Shown one piece after another: positions 1-13,105 of a stretch of DNA of 64,000 nt; the first letter of the stretch is position 1; each line of letters begins with the position of its first letter. Source of the stretch: Octopus vulgaris (lineage: Eukaryota); the NCBI GenBank assembly GCA_951406725.2, contig OX597829.1, positions 50,964,001 through 51,028,000 of the forward strand, given 5' to 3'. The position numbers and the translations under genes were made by a program. The notes under the pieces were generated by a model. That model was not told the origin of the DNA and did not search any database. It was given only the letters and a program-made list of their open reading frames with translations.

Positions 1-444
1 GTGCTTTTTACATGGCACAAGCGCAGGCGAGGTCGGTTTTGGCAAGAATTTTACTGATCAATGCCCTTCCAAATGCTAACCACTTTACAGTGTGGACAGG
101 ATGATTTTTACTTTGCACCAGCACTGGCAGTGGTACTTATTCGATCGATGTCCTTTGCCAAACTGCTAAGTTATGGGAATATAAACCGCACCACCAACGG
201 TTGTCAAGTGGTGTCTCAAGCTCAGACAAAAAGACACACTCAAATTGCACCAAAGAATGAGGACCACATTTTAGAAAAAGAGAACTAAGTTCAATTTATT
301 CAACTAAAAATTCTTCAAGGTGGTGCCCCAGCATGGCCACAATCTAATAATTGAAACAAGTTAAAAATAAAAGATAACTGACAGAATGACCTGCCAAATT
401 AATTCACAAGGCTTTGGTCAGTCCAGGGCTATAACAGACATTAG

Positions 445-580
445 CATAGCTAGCAGTGGTGAGGGGAGTCCACTCCAGATGGCACTTTTGGATCTGCTGT
501 AGGCAATGTACCTTTGTGGGGTCTGGGGGCTGGCAAACAGAAGGGTCACCCTGGCAGCACACACTCTAGCTACACTAGTG
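445..580. mobile_element. Short MITE-like repeat; related copies at ~2472-2638 and ~29415-29567 (opposite orientation)
   Basis: Three dispersed copies share 'tctgctgtaggcaat...ggcaaacagaagggtc' and the terminus 'ctagctacactagtg'. Confidence 0.55.
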
Positions 581-899
581 TGTGTGTGTGTGTGTGTGTG
601 TGGTCTTTGTGATATGGAAAGATGACTCCTCTGGGAAAGCAGCTTAGACCCCCACCACATGTCTAGATTCAAGAAATGAACTTTTTGGGACATGTCCACT
701 CATGGCTAAATATTTTTTACGTTTTGGGTCCTCCCAAAATCACAGATAGAACTTGCTTTTTATATTGTGTCCATGTACAAGCTTTTTATCTCTCTATTCT
801 TTTTATATATATTTCTTATATATTTTTTACACATTTTTTTACATATTTATAGAGTTATTTTTATATTTTTACTGCTTTATTTACTTTTACACATTTTTA

Positions 900-1515
900 C
901 TGTATTTTACCTTTCACCCTGCATTTTTCTTGTGCATGTGCATATATAGACGTGTATATAAATTTTTTGTATACGTGTCTGTGCATGTATGTACATGTGT
1001 ATGGCTGCATATATACATTGGTGTACATGCGAGTGTTCCACGCAAGTTTGAGCAAGCATATGCATATATAGCATGTACGTATTTTAGACATGCATTTGAA
1101 TGTAACTATGCATATGGGTAGGTGCATGTGTGCACATGTGTGTGTGGGTGTGGGTGCACATGCATATGTGTGCATGCATGTGCATGCAGATATACATGTG
1201 TGCATAGTGTGTGTGTGTACATGTATATGTGTATGGTTGCATATATATGTGAGCATACATGCATGTGTTCCACGCGAGTGTGAGTGAGCATATAGCATGT
1301 GTGCGTATAGGTGTGTGCACACATGTGTGTGTGTGTGCATGTGTGTGTGTGTTTGCATGCATGTGTGGTTATGTATACGTGTACATGCATGGTTGCATAT
1401 ACATGGGCATCTATTGACGTGTGTTTCATGCGAGTGGGAGTGAGCATGTGCATTTAGGCACATGTGCATGGGTGTGCATGCATGCCTCCATATGTATGTA
1501 TATGCACGCATACAC
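900..1515. repeat. Cryptic (TG/TGCA/TA) low-complexity repeat
   Basis: Degenerate tgtgcatg/tatg units; ORFs here are HT/CV repeats in several frames. Confidence 0.9.
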
Positions 1516-1762
1516 GATTGCTATGAGCATTTTTATTCCTTTACTTTTTACTTCCTCCCCTTCGGTTTTAACGGTCATTCTAATAGCTCTTTTGTCTTAA
1601 TAACAGTCAATTACATAGTACTTTCCCTTAGTTTAACGGTCATTTTATAGGCTATTTCGATTGCCTTGATAACTGAAGAGATGCCAGTGTGGGTTTCCGC
1701 CCTGACATATGAAGCTCGGAGTTTTATTATGGCAACCGAATAATTGTTACATATTATATTAC

Positions 1763-1828
<66 letters not shown>

Positions 1829-2084
1829 GTATAGTTTAGGACAATCAGTAAGTTGTCCTAATAGGACTAAGAGCTATGATGCATTCTCATCAGCTATTAT
1901 AACAATAGACACCATAAAAAAATCATTGAATAAAAGGGAATTTACTCTAATAGGTAGGAAAAAAGATAAAAGATAAAAAATACATGCAACCATATTCTCA
2001 CAATACATAGACATAAACCTCCTGCATTCATAACGTCTACATACGTACACACTCACACAAAACATATATATATAAATGCCAGTG

Positions 2085-2358
2085 CTGCTTTGACTGACTT
2101 CCATGTCAGTGGCACATAAAAAGCACCATCAGACTGTGGTCGATGCTAGCCCCTCTGGTCCCTGTGCCAATAGCATGTAAAAAGCACTCAGTACATTCTC
2201 AGAATGGTTGGCATTAGGAAGGGCATCCAGCTGTAGAAACCTGGCCAGATCAGATTGGGGCCTGGTGCAGCCTCCTGGCTTCCCAGACACCAGTCGAACC
2301 GTCCAACCCATGCCAGCATGGAAAACAGATGTTAAACGATGATGATGATGATGATGAT
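2085..2358 (+). mobile_element. RTE-LINE 3'-tail element (type C); other copies 12205-12608(+), 44618-45000(-), 50683-50940(-), fragments at 28355, 28645, 58670
   Basis: 'ggttggcattaggaagggcatccagctgtagaaac...ccaacccatgccagcatggaaa...gttaaacgatgatgatg'; the same tail follows RTE ORF2 remnants at 56.4 and 62 kb. Confidence 0.8.
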
Positions 2359-2959
2359 ATATATAAAACCTTGAATTTAGTTCTTGGACCCCCAGTACTA
2401 CTTTTGTGGACCACCAGGAATCCATAGACTCCGGATTGGGAACCACTGCACTAGTGAAATACTGGAGTCAACTACTAGGATAGCTAGTGGAGAGTGGTAG
2501 AGGTGGTCTGCCCTGGATGACACTTTGAAAGAGGCACGACTTTTGGGTCTGCTGTAGGCAATATGTGCTTTTTGTGGGGTCCAAGGGCGGCAAACAGAAG
2601 GGTCGCCCCAAGCAGCACACACTATGGCTACACTAGTGATTACAGAAGACCCTTGGTCAAGGTGCTGTGGTGTGGGACTGAAACTGATACCACATGTTTG
2701 GGAAGCAGGCTTCTTAACCATGGAGCAATGTTGTAGAAATCCTACTGAATTGGGAATCTTTTCAATAAACAGGATATTTAATATCTGGAATGTCCCAAAG
2801 AGATCATAAAGGTTAAGAGCATAACATTGATTTACTGGGTATTGAGTGGGTAAGAGATGATATTCTCTTGGGGTGTGTGTATATTATAAATGATATTCTT
2901 GGAAGATCTGGAACCAGTTCCTGATAGGCAAACCGAAATGAGTAAGAATAAAGTGTGTT

Positions 2960-3405
2960 ACTGCCCACACACACACACACATATAGAGAGACAGACAGAT
3001 ACATATATACATAGACAGACAGTCAGAGATACATACATGAGGACATACAGATACATACATACATACAAATATACATACATATATGCACACTTACACATAT
3101 ACACACACTAATACATACGTATGTACGTACATGCATACATACATACAAATATACACACACATACATACACACATCCATCTATACATACAGATACATGCAT
3201 GCGTACTCATACATAAATACATACACATACATACAAACAAACATACATATATACATAGCTACATAAGTATAAACATGCATGCATACATACACACACACAC
3301 ACACAAACGCCCATATATACATACTTGCATGCGTACACATACAGACACACACACATAAAAACCTACATACACACACATACATTAATACACACACGCACAC
3401 ACACA
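2960..3405. repeat. (CA)/(TACA) compound microsatellite
   Basis: Direct inspection. Confidence 0.9.
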
Positions 3406-3560
3406 AAATGCCTTTTCACCTTGAAACTGCTTAGTACCTTATCCATTCAGCAATTCAGAGGAAGCCTCTATAACATTGCTTAAGCTGCTAGAAATAGAAG
3501 CAAAATCTCCTTCAAATCAAAACCTACCAACTTGAAAAAGAAAGAATTCATAGCATAAAT

Positions 3561-3812
3561 ATTTTTGGTTGGTGCATGATTATGGCAGCTTTTTTTTCAG
3601 AAAATTTTATTCAACAAAAACAATATTTAACTAAAACATCTCCAAATGATGGTCTGATCGTCTGCCAAGCAAATGGGAAGCAGTAATTGAAGTAGATGGT
3701 GAATATGCTCCCCCAAAATCATTTAAAGATGTCTTTGTTACATGTTGTTATTGTTTTTGTTGAATAAAATTTGTTGAAAAAAAGCCGCAATAATTATGCA
3801 CCAATTGAATAG
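3561..3812 (+). mobile_element. Internally deleted mariner element
   Basis: Long imperfect TIRs (ttggtgcatgattatggcagc / gccgcaataattatgcaccaa); internal frame DRLPSKWEAVIEVDGEYAP matches a mariner transposase C-terminus. Confidence 0.75.
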
Positions 3813-3817
3813 TATGG

Positions 3818-4156
3818 GTTTTAGCATTCAAATATTCTGTCAGATGTAATGTTTATTTCATTCACATTATTTTGAATTAATCATGGATTATCTTGTAGCT
3901 AAGAGATTTCAGTGATGTGACTATTTTTAGGATGACATTGTGAGGTAAGTGTGAGAAGCCAGAAATGGTTGGTTTAACCTTTAGCATTCAGATTACTGTG
4001 TCAGATGTAAGTACTTGTTCTCACTGTTTGGAATTAACCATGCATTATCTCATAGCTGAGAGATTTCGATGCTATGATTAGTTTTCTATTTAGATTGATG
4101 TTCTACGGTAGGTGTGCGAGGCTGGATGTGGCCAGTTTAAATATTAAAGGGTTAAA
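3818..4156. mobile_element. Two adjacent piggyBac-like MITE copies; related inverted copy at 53266-53495
   Basis: TTAA-CC(C)TTTAGCATT...TAAAGGG-TTAA termini; shared internal sequence. Confidence 0.6.
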
Positions 4157-4957
4157 AGGTCAAGGCTGGAATGTTTTCATTGATTGGTATAGTTGTGGCT
4201 GTGTGGTAAGAAGTTTGCTTCCTAACCACATGGATCTGGGTTCAATCCCTTTGTGCAGCATCTTGGCATGTATCTTCTATTACAGCTACATGTTGATCAT
4301 GTGAATGGATTTGATAGATGGAAACTCAAAGAAGCCCATTGTATATATATATATATATATATACAATCTTCAACACCCATCCCTTCTCCTCTCTGATTCC
4401 TTCTTTCTCTCTCTTCTCTCTCTTTGTTGCGTTTGTCCCTCCTCTCTCTCTCTCTTCCTTTGCTTCTCTTTCTTTTCTTTTCTCTCTTCTCTGGCACGTG
4501 AAATCTGAAATCTGCTTTCAGCTTCTGACCATCGTCACGTTAACATCGTTGTTTTTCGTCCGCCGCTATAAAGGCTCCTTCCAATGCGCCAGAGAAAAAT
4601 TTGTTTGCTTGTTATCAGTCGTAAGACACTTGTTGTTTTCACCGTTAATGCTTCTGTATTTCATGTTTCTGTATTCCATTATTGTTTTTTATATCTGTCC
4701 CTTTTGCTGTCCTGGTGTTCGTATGCATTCGATCCTTCTTCCAGGAAATCTACGCTTCCAGCTTAGTTTTTCTAATGCTCGTTGCTTAGTTTTTCTTGGA
4801 GGGCTGGCCGTGATCTAGTAATCTCAAGATTAATCAGCCGAAATTACTACGATGATCCGGTTCTTGACTGAAGACTGAGGGTTTCGAATGTCCTGTCCGT
4901 GTTTATTGTATCGTCTTCTAAGAGTTATACGTTCTTGTCCATGTTGTATTTTTCTAC

Positions 4958-5040
<83 letters not shown>

Positions 5041-5089
5041 TTATTCTTTTACTGGTTTCAACCAGAAGCTGGGGCCATGCTGGAGCACT

Positions 5090-5428
5090 GCCTATCAGAG
5101 TTTTGGAGTCTCCTTTTGGTGTTGTTGGATAAAGTTTCTCTTTTGTGTGCCTCCTTTTGTGATGCGGGGTCATCTGGGATTTCAGGTAGAAATTTGTCCA
5201 GGTGCTTTTTTCTAATGTTTCCACATCTGCACCTTGCAGATCTCGTATGTTCCTTGCCAGGTTGTTAAACAGCTATGGTCCCCTGAAACCAAAGCTGTTG
5301 CAACACAGGGTCCTTATCTGAGACAGTATCTTTAGTATTATGCAGTGCCATTTGGTGGTTGATGTAGCTTTTAATTCCAAAGCTGGGAGCTAGACATTCT
5401 CAGATCTTCCATATGTATATCACTTAAT
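5090..5428 (-). mobile_element. Decayed CR1/L2-group LINE ORF2 C-terminus
   Basis: Minus-strand translation VIYIWKI..LAPSFGI...CCNSFGFRGP*LFNNL...HLDKFLPEIPDDP with stops. Confidence 0.65.
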
Positions 5429-5454
5429 ACTTTTCTTACCTTCTATAATGATAA

Positions 5455-6090
5455 ATGCCAAAACGAATTTCTGTGTGTCAGTGTGTCACACTTTGACCCC
5501 ACCCCCCACTTCTACTATTCCTCTTGCTGGGGTGAGAGTAATAGTAGGCATAGAGATGGTGAGGGCTGTAGTAGATTGACTATTGAGATGGTAATGGGGT
5601 GATAGTAATAGTATGAGCTGTAGTGTGATAGAGGTGGAGGCAACAGTGATGGTGTGGCAGTGGTGGTGGTAGTGATGGTGGTGGTAGCTGAGGCGGTCAA
5701 GCATGATAGTAAGGGATATGGAAGACAGTGGTGATGGTGGTGAAATCAATGGTGTTGATGTTGGTGATGTCAAAAGTCTGAATGGTGTGTGTATGGCAGT
5801 TGTGGTTACGATGGTGGTGGTACAGGTGGTGGTGATGGTTGAAAACAATCAACAGAAAGAAGAGATGAGACAGAAAAAAAAATGTAACCCCCTCCCCCCC
5901 GAATGGGAAGACAAAAACTGTTGTTTATCATGCAGCTTTGGAATAAGTTCCAAGTCCACAAATTATATAATTTCCATGGAAATTGTTCATTGCTTGAAAA
6001 ATATTGGTCAAGTTTAATAAAATTTGATATGTACTAAATGCATGAGTATATTGTTGGACCCAAAGCCCAATGAAAAAGCCTGCCACAGGA
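5455..6090 (-). mobile_element. Dispersed ~630 bp repeat, possibly Helitron/Helentron-type; inverted copy at 48437-49068
   Basis: Both copies align end to end, including 'tgacacactgacacacagaaattcgttttggcattt' and 'ttgggtccaacaatatactcatgcat'. Confidence 0.7.
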
Positions 6091-7669
6091 ACTAGCTTAA
6101 AAGTCGCCCGATAAGGTGGCTTTTAAGCCAGTATGTGCATATGTTTGCCCCCAACAACTGGTGTTGGTTTGTATATGTCCCTGTAACTTAGCAATTCAGC
6201 AAAAAGAGACTGACAGAGTAAATACTAAAAAAACTATGGGGTTGGTTTGTTTGACTGAATCTTTAATGGTTGTGCTGAGGTACCACCTCGTTGAAGGGGT
6301 AACCACAGTTTCAGTTTAGTAGACTGAACAGTTCAGCAAAGAGAAATCAATAAAGGTACCACCGGAACGAAATGAATGCTGAGAGGTGGAGGGTGGGGAA
6401 CATCGATATGAACAACTAACGATTAAACCTCAAAGCTTTTGCTCCAGCAGGGCCACAACCTGATGACTAAAACCAATAAAAAAGTAAAAAAATAAAAAAA
6501 GTTTATAAAAAAATCAAAGAAAATTAAAATCCCTAAGGACCCTAAAAAGGATAGAAATCTGCTTTTCCCCCCACTATACCCCACCTCTCCCACCTCCATC
6601 CAGTATCTTCTATTTTAGTCCGTCTTTTTCACTCCTCCCTCTCTCTCTCTCTTTCTCTCTCTCCCTCATTAACCAAATTATAGCTATAAATATATTTTTT
6701 ATGTCTAAACGTCCATATGTTTATATTCAGACTGTCAGATTATAATATTTATGTACAAGTTTGATTACAACCCTGAGATTTCTGGAGAAAAACGTTAGAA
6801 TTACGAGTTATCTTGTCGGACTTTCCCCACCCCTTCTTCTTGGTTTTTTAATATATTTTTTAGCTTTTTGTGCTTTTTGGGGGAGGCGGGAGATTCTTAA
6901 ACGTTAAAAAAAATCATTTATCATGATGTTGCTTCGCTTAACAGTTCGTTAACAGATCTTGTTATTTACTCCAAGAACCTCAACGTAATGCTTGTATATA
7001 TCGTTTTGTTTTAATCCTGTAACAGCTATTATCAAGCAGAGCTATGATCAAAGACATTCCAGCTGTGACTATCCAAGTGTAATGAACCTAGAATCGCTCT
7101 AACATAATTTTTGTTCTTTCTTTTTTTTTTTTGGTGTGTGTCTCCTCCACCACCGCAAGACAGTAGAAAGTGATTTGGCCATAATTTACAGATGACTGAG
7201 CGACATGTAAACAGTCCCTTTTTGACTCACATCTACATGTCAACTCGACAGGCTAGAAATAGCAGCTATATCTCTCACATATCATCCGCTACTGTCTTTA
7301 AAATAGAAAGAACTCGTTGAGCGATATATTCCTAGATAAACAAGTACAAAAAAGATGCGGATGCCATGACCGCAACATGTTTCATCATAATTCCATTTGG
7401 GAATTAGCCGACCTGGGGCTAAATTACAGCCATAATTTATCCCTTGACCATACAACTTAAACCTCTTGAACCATAACCTTCATAATTGACATTTTTTGTT
7501 CAATGGGTCATATTTAACACAAGTGCTTACACACACATTCACTACCATGAACAAGCCACTGAACTCACTTCGACATATTCCCACATACACAGACACGAGA
7601 TGGTATTGCAAAGTTCCTGGTTTTGGGTAGAAGAAAATACACATCGGCAAGACTTCTGCTCGAGCCCCC

Positions 7670-8142
7670 ACAAAAAATACACCCTTTTTATTTATTTATT
7701 TATTTATTTGTTTGTTTATTTATTTACTTATTTATTTATTTATTTATTTATTCGACACCACCACCCCTTTCAGCTATGGGGAATACAAATCTGCAAAAAA
7801 AATTGGCAAAAATCTGAAAAAAATTACCAAAAATTTTTGTAAAATTTTTTTTTAAATTTTATTTTTTTCTAAATATGCAGGAACACACGGACATTATGAT
7901 TCGGACAAACATTTCTAAACGTTTCTGTAGTTAGACTTATGGTTACGATTTTAGGGTTTTAGAGTTAGGGCTAGTGTTGGGGAAAAAGTCAAAATTGAAG
8001 AATTTGGGGGAGAGAAAGGTGGGGGAAATTTTAACAATGCCGATTTTTGGCAATTTTCCGGAACTTTCATATCCGAAAACGAGGGTTTTTGGCAAAAAAG
8101 AATTTTTTTAATAAACAAATTTGGGAGAAAATGGGGGTGGGA
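7670..8142. mobile_element. Dispersed repeat with TTAGGG-like motifs; second copy at ~41690-42155
   Basis: Shared 'gaatacaaatctgcaaaaaa', 'ttatgattc' and 'atccgaaaac..gggttttt' in the same order. Confidence 0.6.
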
Positions 8143-8145
8143 ATG

Positions 8146-9357
8146 GTGTCACAAACTTATACATGAAGACACCACAAACCCTGGGTCTGGAAGCGATAAA
8201 ATAATGGGTAGAAAAATACAGAGAACTCATAGAAAAACGTTTCAAAACAGACTTTGTCACCAAAGCCATCCAATTAATACTTGAAGAAAACACATTCTCA
8301 TTTAACAAGACATACTGACAGATAAAGGCCATGGCTATGGGTACGAAATTCGCACCTTCATATGCCAACCTGGTGTTAGGTTTCCTTGAGAACAAACTAT
8401 ACAATGAAATAGGGAAAGACTTCAAACGTGACATCAAGAAAAGTGGAAACGCTACCTCGATGACTGTTTCATCTTTTGGAACAGATCAGAAGATCTACGA
8501 ACATTCTACAGCATTCTCAACACATTGCACCAATCTATCAACTTCACAATAGATACCAGCCACAACGAACTTCCCTTCCTAGACAGCAACATCAAGATAC
8601 ACAACTCCATCGTCACAAAAGACATCTACTACAAAAAAACCGACACACACCAATATTTAAATTCCTACCCCTGCCACCCATCCCACATAAAAAGAAACAT
8701 TCCTTAGAGTATGGCAAGACGCATATGCAGCATAGTGACAGACTCACAAACATGCCAAATAAGACTAAATGAACTTTAAAACTTCCTACTAGAACAGAAA
8801 TTAATAAAAAATGGAATCTCAAAAGCAATGAAACTAGATATCACACAACTCAGAACTCAAAAAAAGAAAAACAAAGAAAACATCATCCCTTTCATAAACA
8901 CACACAACCCTGGAGTTACCAACATGTTTCAAATCATACATTCAAACTTACCAATTGTACTACAAAGCCCCAAAATGGGAAACATATTAGACAAATATTG
9001 CATAAAATACAGTGAACGCCAAGACAAAAACCTGAAGAAACAACTAACAAGGGTAAAATTCTCATCAGAAACTAAAACTAAATTCTTTGTAAAAGAGTGC
9101 AGAGATGGTAGATGTGGGATCTGCAGTAACCCCATCTACAAATATATACCAGGGAAACAAACAAATAAAATTTAAGAGTGGTCACACGTTCAAAGTAAAT
9201 GCGGACATGAATTGCAAGACGCAGAACGTAATATACTGCATAACCTGTTCCACATGCAAGGAGAATTATATAGAAGAAACTGGAAATTCTTTATGCCAAC
9301 AAGCCAGAATTCACTGACAACATGTCTGACAGGAGGAACTGCGAAAGGTTCCACTGA
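8146..9357 (+). mobile_element. Decayed Penelope-like element: reverse transcriptase + GIY-YIG endonuclease
   Basis: Frameshifted segments AMGTKFAPSYANL, WKRYLDDCFIFW, LPFLD, YYKKTDTHQYL..CHPSHIKRNIP, CRDGRCGIC, NCKTQNVIYCITCSTCKENYIEETG. Confidence 0.92.
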
Positions 9358-9359
9358 GT

Positions 9360-9724
9360 AAACCACATGGGTTCTGGGTTCTGTCCCACTGTGTGACACC
9401 TTGGACAAGTGTCTTCTACTATAGCCTCAGGCCAACCAAAGCCTCGTGAGTGGATTTGGTAGACAGAAACCAAAAGAAGCCTGTTGTATGTATATATGTA
9501 TGTGTGTGTGTGTGTCTCTGTGTTTGTCCCCCCAGCATCTCTTGACAACCAGTGCTGACGTGTTTACGTCCCCGTAACTTAGCGGTTCGGCAAAAGGGAC
9601 CAATAGAATAAATACTAGGCTTACAAAGAATAAGTCCTGGGTTCGATTTGCTTGACTAAAGGCGGTGCTGCAGCATAGCCACAGTCAAATGACTAAAACA
9701 AGTAAAAGAGTGAAGAGAAAGAGT
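9360..9724 (+). mobile_element. SINE type A, 5'-truncated
   Basis: Matches in-window consensus: tRNA-like head, central (TA)n(TG)n, right arm, (TAAAAGAG)n-like tail. Confidence 0.9.
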
Positions 9725-9731
9725 ATATATA

Positions 9732-10134
9732 TACTCTTTTACTCTTTTATTTGTTTCAGTCATTTGACTGTGGCCATGCTGGAGCACCGCCTTTAATCAA
9801 GCAACTCGACCCCGGAACTTATTCTTTTATAAGCCCAGTACTTATTCTATCGGTCTCTTTTGCTGAACCGCTAAGTAACGGGGACATAAACACACCAGCA
9901 TCGGTTGTCAAGCAATGCTAGGGGGACAAACACAAACACACACACACATATATACATATACATATATACGATAGGCTTCTTTCAGTTTCCGTCTACCAAA
10001 TCCACTCACAAGGCATTGGTTGGCCCGGGGCTATAGCAGAAGACACTTGCCCAAGGTACCAAGCAGTGGGACTGAACCCAGAACCATGTGGTTGGTAAGC
10101 AAGCTACTTACCACACAGCCACTCCTGCGCCTAT
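9732..10134 (-). mobile_element. SINE type A, full length
   Basis: Full consensus from 'ataggcgcaggagtggctgtgtgg' to tail on the minus strand. Confidence 0.92.
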
Positions 10135-10648
10135 TTATACCCTTTGATCAAGTGATTCTATTCCTTCATTGGATGGCTTCCAGTGTTCAGGTAGCAGTCT
10201 ATCCTTTTGTCTTGTGCTGGTGTTTGTTCATTGGTTGGCATCTTATGTTTGGACAGTGTTTTACTGGCCTTTTCATTGGTTGTTTATTTTATTTCTGTGC
10301 CATGGCATTTGTGTTTGTTGCAGCTTTAGTTGAGAGACTGTGTTAAAGATTTGTTTAAGATTTGTTAGTGAGTCTGTGATGGGGCAAATTTTCTCCTTCT
10401 ATGTTTGCATGTGTGTGTGTGTGTGTGTATGTGTATGTTTGTGTGTGAAGCTTTAAGTAAATATTTTTGAGAAAGGTTGTTTATGAATGAATTATTTGAA
10501 AAAGTAATTGAAGACATATCTATTAGCTATCTCCCTGATGAATGGTACAGTTCATGGTTGAGTGATTTGGAGGAGTGTTTGTCAGTTAAAATGAGTAAAA
10601 AAAACATCTGTTCTTTTATGGAATTTTGTTTCTCTTGTCTTGGAAATG

Positions 10649-10718
<70 letters not shown>

Positions 10719-10742
10719 AAGTGTAGAAGTAAGTATTTTCTA

Positions 10743-11063
10743 TACTCTCTTTTACTCTTTTACTTGCTTCAGTCATTTGACTGCGGCCATGCTGGAGCAC
10801 CGACTTTAGTGGAGCACTTATTCTTTGTAAGCCCAGCACTCACTCCATCGGTGACGGGGACATAAACACACCAGCACCGGCTGTCAAGCAATGCCAGGGG
10901 GGACAAACACAGACAGACACACACACACATATACATATACATGACAGGCTTCCTTCAGCTTCCATCCACCAAATCCACCCACAAGGCATTGGTCCGCCCA
11001 GGGCTATAGCAGAAGACACTTACCCAAGCAAGCTACCTACCACACAGCCACTCCTGCGCCTAT
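10743..11063 (-). mobile_element. SINE type A with three internal deletions and 13 sense-strand A>G changes
   Basis: Manual alignment to copies at 9732, 33121 and 42869. Confidence 0.9.
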
Positions 11064-12021
11064 AGGGTTTTATTTATTTTTTTTTTTGTATCTATTCAAG
11101 GAAATATTTCTGTATGTGCATGTATGCTTGGTAGGTGGTGGTCATCTGGCATTTCTATGCTACTGTCTAAAAATGGGATGGGTGTTATTTTGCCAGGGGT
11201 CATAGAACATAATAGTTAAAATCTAAATGAAAATCCATGTATGTGGAGGTGGGGATTTGTTATGGAAGCCTATGAGTAGTATCAGATCTGAAACTAAAAT
11301 AAAGAAGTGAAACAAAAACAGTGCATGGGTTTATTGTTCGTATAATGACCCTCCCAACATATAAAATGTTTATGTCATTATGTCTATGTGTGTGTATGCA
11401 TATATACATACTCACACACACATTCATACATATGTTTGTGTACATACGTACATATATATACACACACACACATACAATCATGTATACATACATGCTTGCA
11501 TACACACGTACGTACACACATGCAAACAAGCATGTATACATACATGCAACCATGCATTTATACAATGCCATTAGCAGGAAACACTATATATATATCTTTA
11601 TCTTTTATTAAACTTTTAATACTTTTGATATATATTTAAAATAATATAAATTAATTAATTTTATGTATTGGCTTATGTTTTTCATTGTTTGATTTGCCTA
11701 ATAGTGGTTTTATCTCTAATTTAATATTATATATATATATATATATAGTCACTATAAGGATATTTAGATCTCTTATAAATATATTATTATCCAAGATACA
11801 CTGATTTAATATATTGTATTTTGAAGAGATATTTCTTCAATAAATATATTATATAAAATATCATAAAATATCAAATATTATTATTGAATTAGAAAACAGA
11901 GAGGTCTAATGGATACAAATTCATTTATTAATTAATTAACATATTCACCTGCAATTGTTTCATTTCACAAACAAAATTAAAACTACAAAACATATATAAA
12001 TATATAATTTTGTATGTTAAA

Positions 12022-12204
12022 TACCTTGTATGAAAAATCATCAGGGTGGGCAGAGGATAATACAAGGATTACATTAGGATATATTTGGGATATCCAGAAT
12101 ATATAGATTATAATACATGTCTGTATATTCTGGGTATTCCGAACATATCCAGATGTAATCCTCATTGTCTTTTGTACACCCTGATGATTTTTCACCCAAG
12201 GTAC
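12022..12204. repeat. Imperfect palindrome with ~85 bp arms
   Basis: taccttgtatgaaaaatcatcagggtg... / ...caccctgatgatttttcacccaaggta. Confidence 0.85.
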
Positions 12205-12631
12205 AGCGGCTTACTGGCTTCTGTGACAGTGGCATGTAAAAAGCACCATTCAAGCATGATTGTTACCAGCATCGCCTTACTGGCACTTGTGCCGGTGGCA
12301 CGTGAAAAAACATTTGAGCGAGGTCGTTGCCAATGTCGCTGGACTGGCTCCTGTGCAGGTGGCACATAAAAACACCATTTGAGCGTGGCCGTTGCCAGTA
12401 CCGCCTGACTGGCCCTTGTGCTGGTGGCACGTAAAAAGCACCCACTACACTCTTGGAGTGGTTGGCATTAGGAAGGGAATCCAGTTGTAGAAACTCTGCC
12501 AGATCAAGATTGGAGCCTGGTGCAGCCATCTGGTTCACCAGTCGTCAGTCAAATCGTCCAACCCATGCTAGCATGGAAAGTGGATGTTAAACAATGTTGA
12601 GGATGATATATATATATATATATATATAAAA

Positions 12632-13105
12632 TGGTACAAGGAATTTTGTGGGACATTGCCATCAAAACTTTTACTGGTTGTAAACATAAAAGACCTGATA
12701 TAGTTATTTGGGAAGGTCATGTACAGTCAAAGAGGTTAGTCACCCAGTGGATGTAAACATCTATTCCAAATGTCAGGGAGGAGAATATCAATGGCCAACT
12801 ACTTCAAAACCTGTAACTCCTCTGGCCTGATTTATGTTCATACCAATAATCGTTGATGCATTTGGTTATGTTAGTAAATGCCTAAGCCATTATCTAGAGA
12901 AGCTAGGATTTTGAAGCACGGAATGATTGTGGTTAACATGAACTTTACAAATACAATCTGTAAGTGAAACAGTAAAAATATGCAACAACTTCTTGAAGTT
13001 TAATATGTGACAATTATTATTATTTTTTTTTTATCTAAATTCCTGTGATGAAACTTGTTTTTTTGTCAGAATCCAGCTCCTACATTTTACAAAGAATATT
13101 AATAA
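12632..13105 (+). mobile_element. R4/Dong-clade LINE 3' end with restriction-like endonuclease remnant
   Basis: Translation WDIAIKTFTGCKHKRPDIVIWE..CTVKEVSHPVDVNI...FIPIIVDAFGYVSKCLSHYLEKLGF...LQIQSVSETVKICNNFLKFNM*, followed by a short UTR ending in a TAA-rich tail. Confidence 0.8.

Noticed and set aside
10020-10346. Recurrent peptides such as [33 protein letters not shown] in many ORFs
   Set aside because: Antisense reading of SINE type A, not a gene family.
12181-12187. CTGATGA hammerhead core word in the 12022 palindrome
   Set aside because: No downstream stem II-GAAA-stem III; the sequence is cut by an RTE-tail element.
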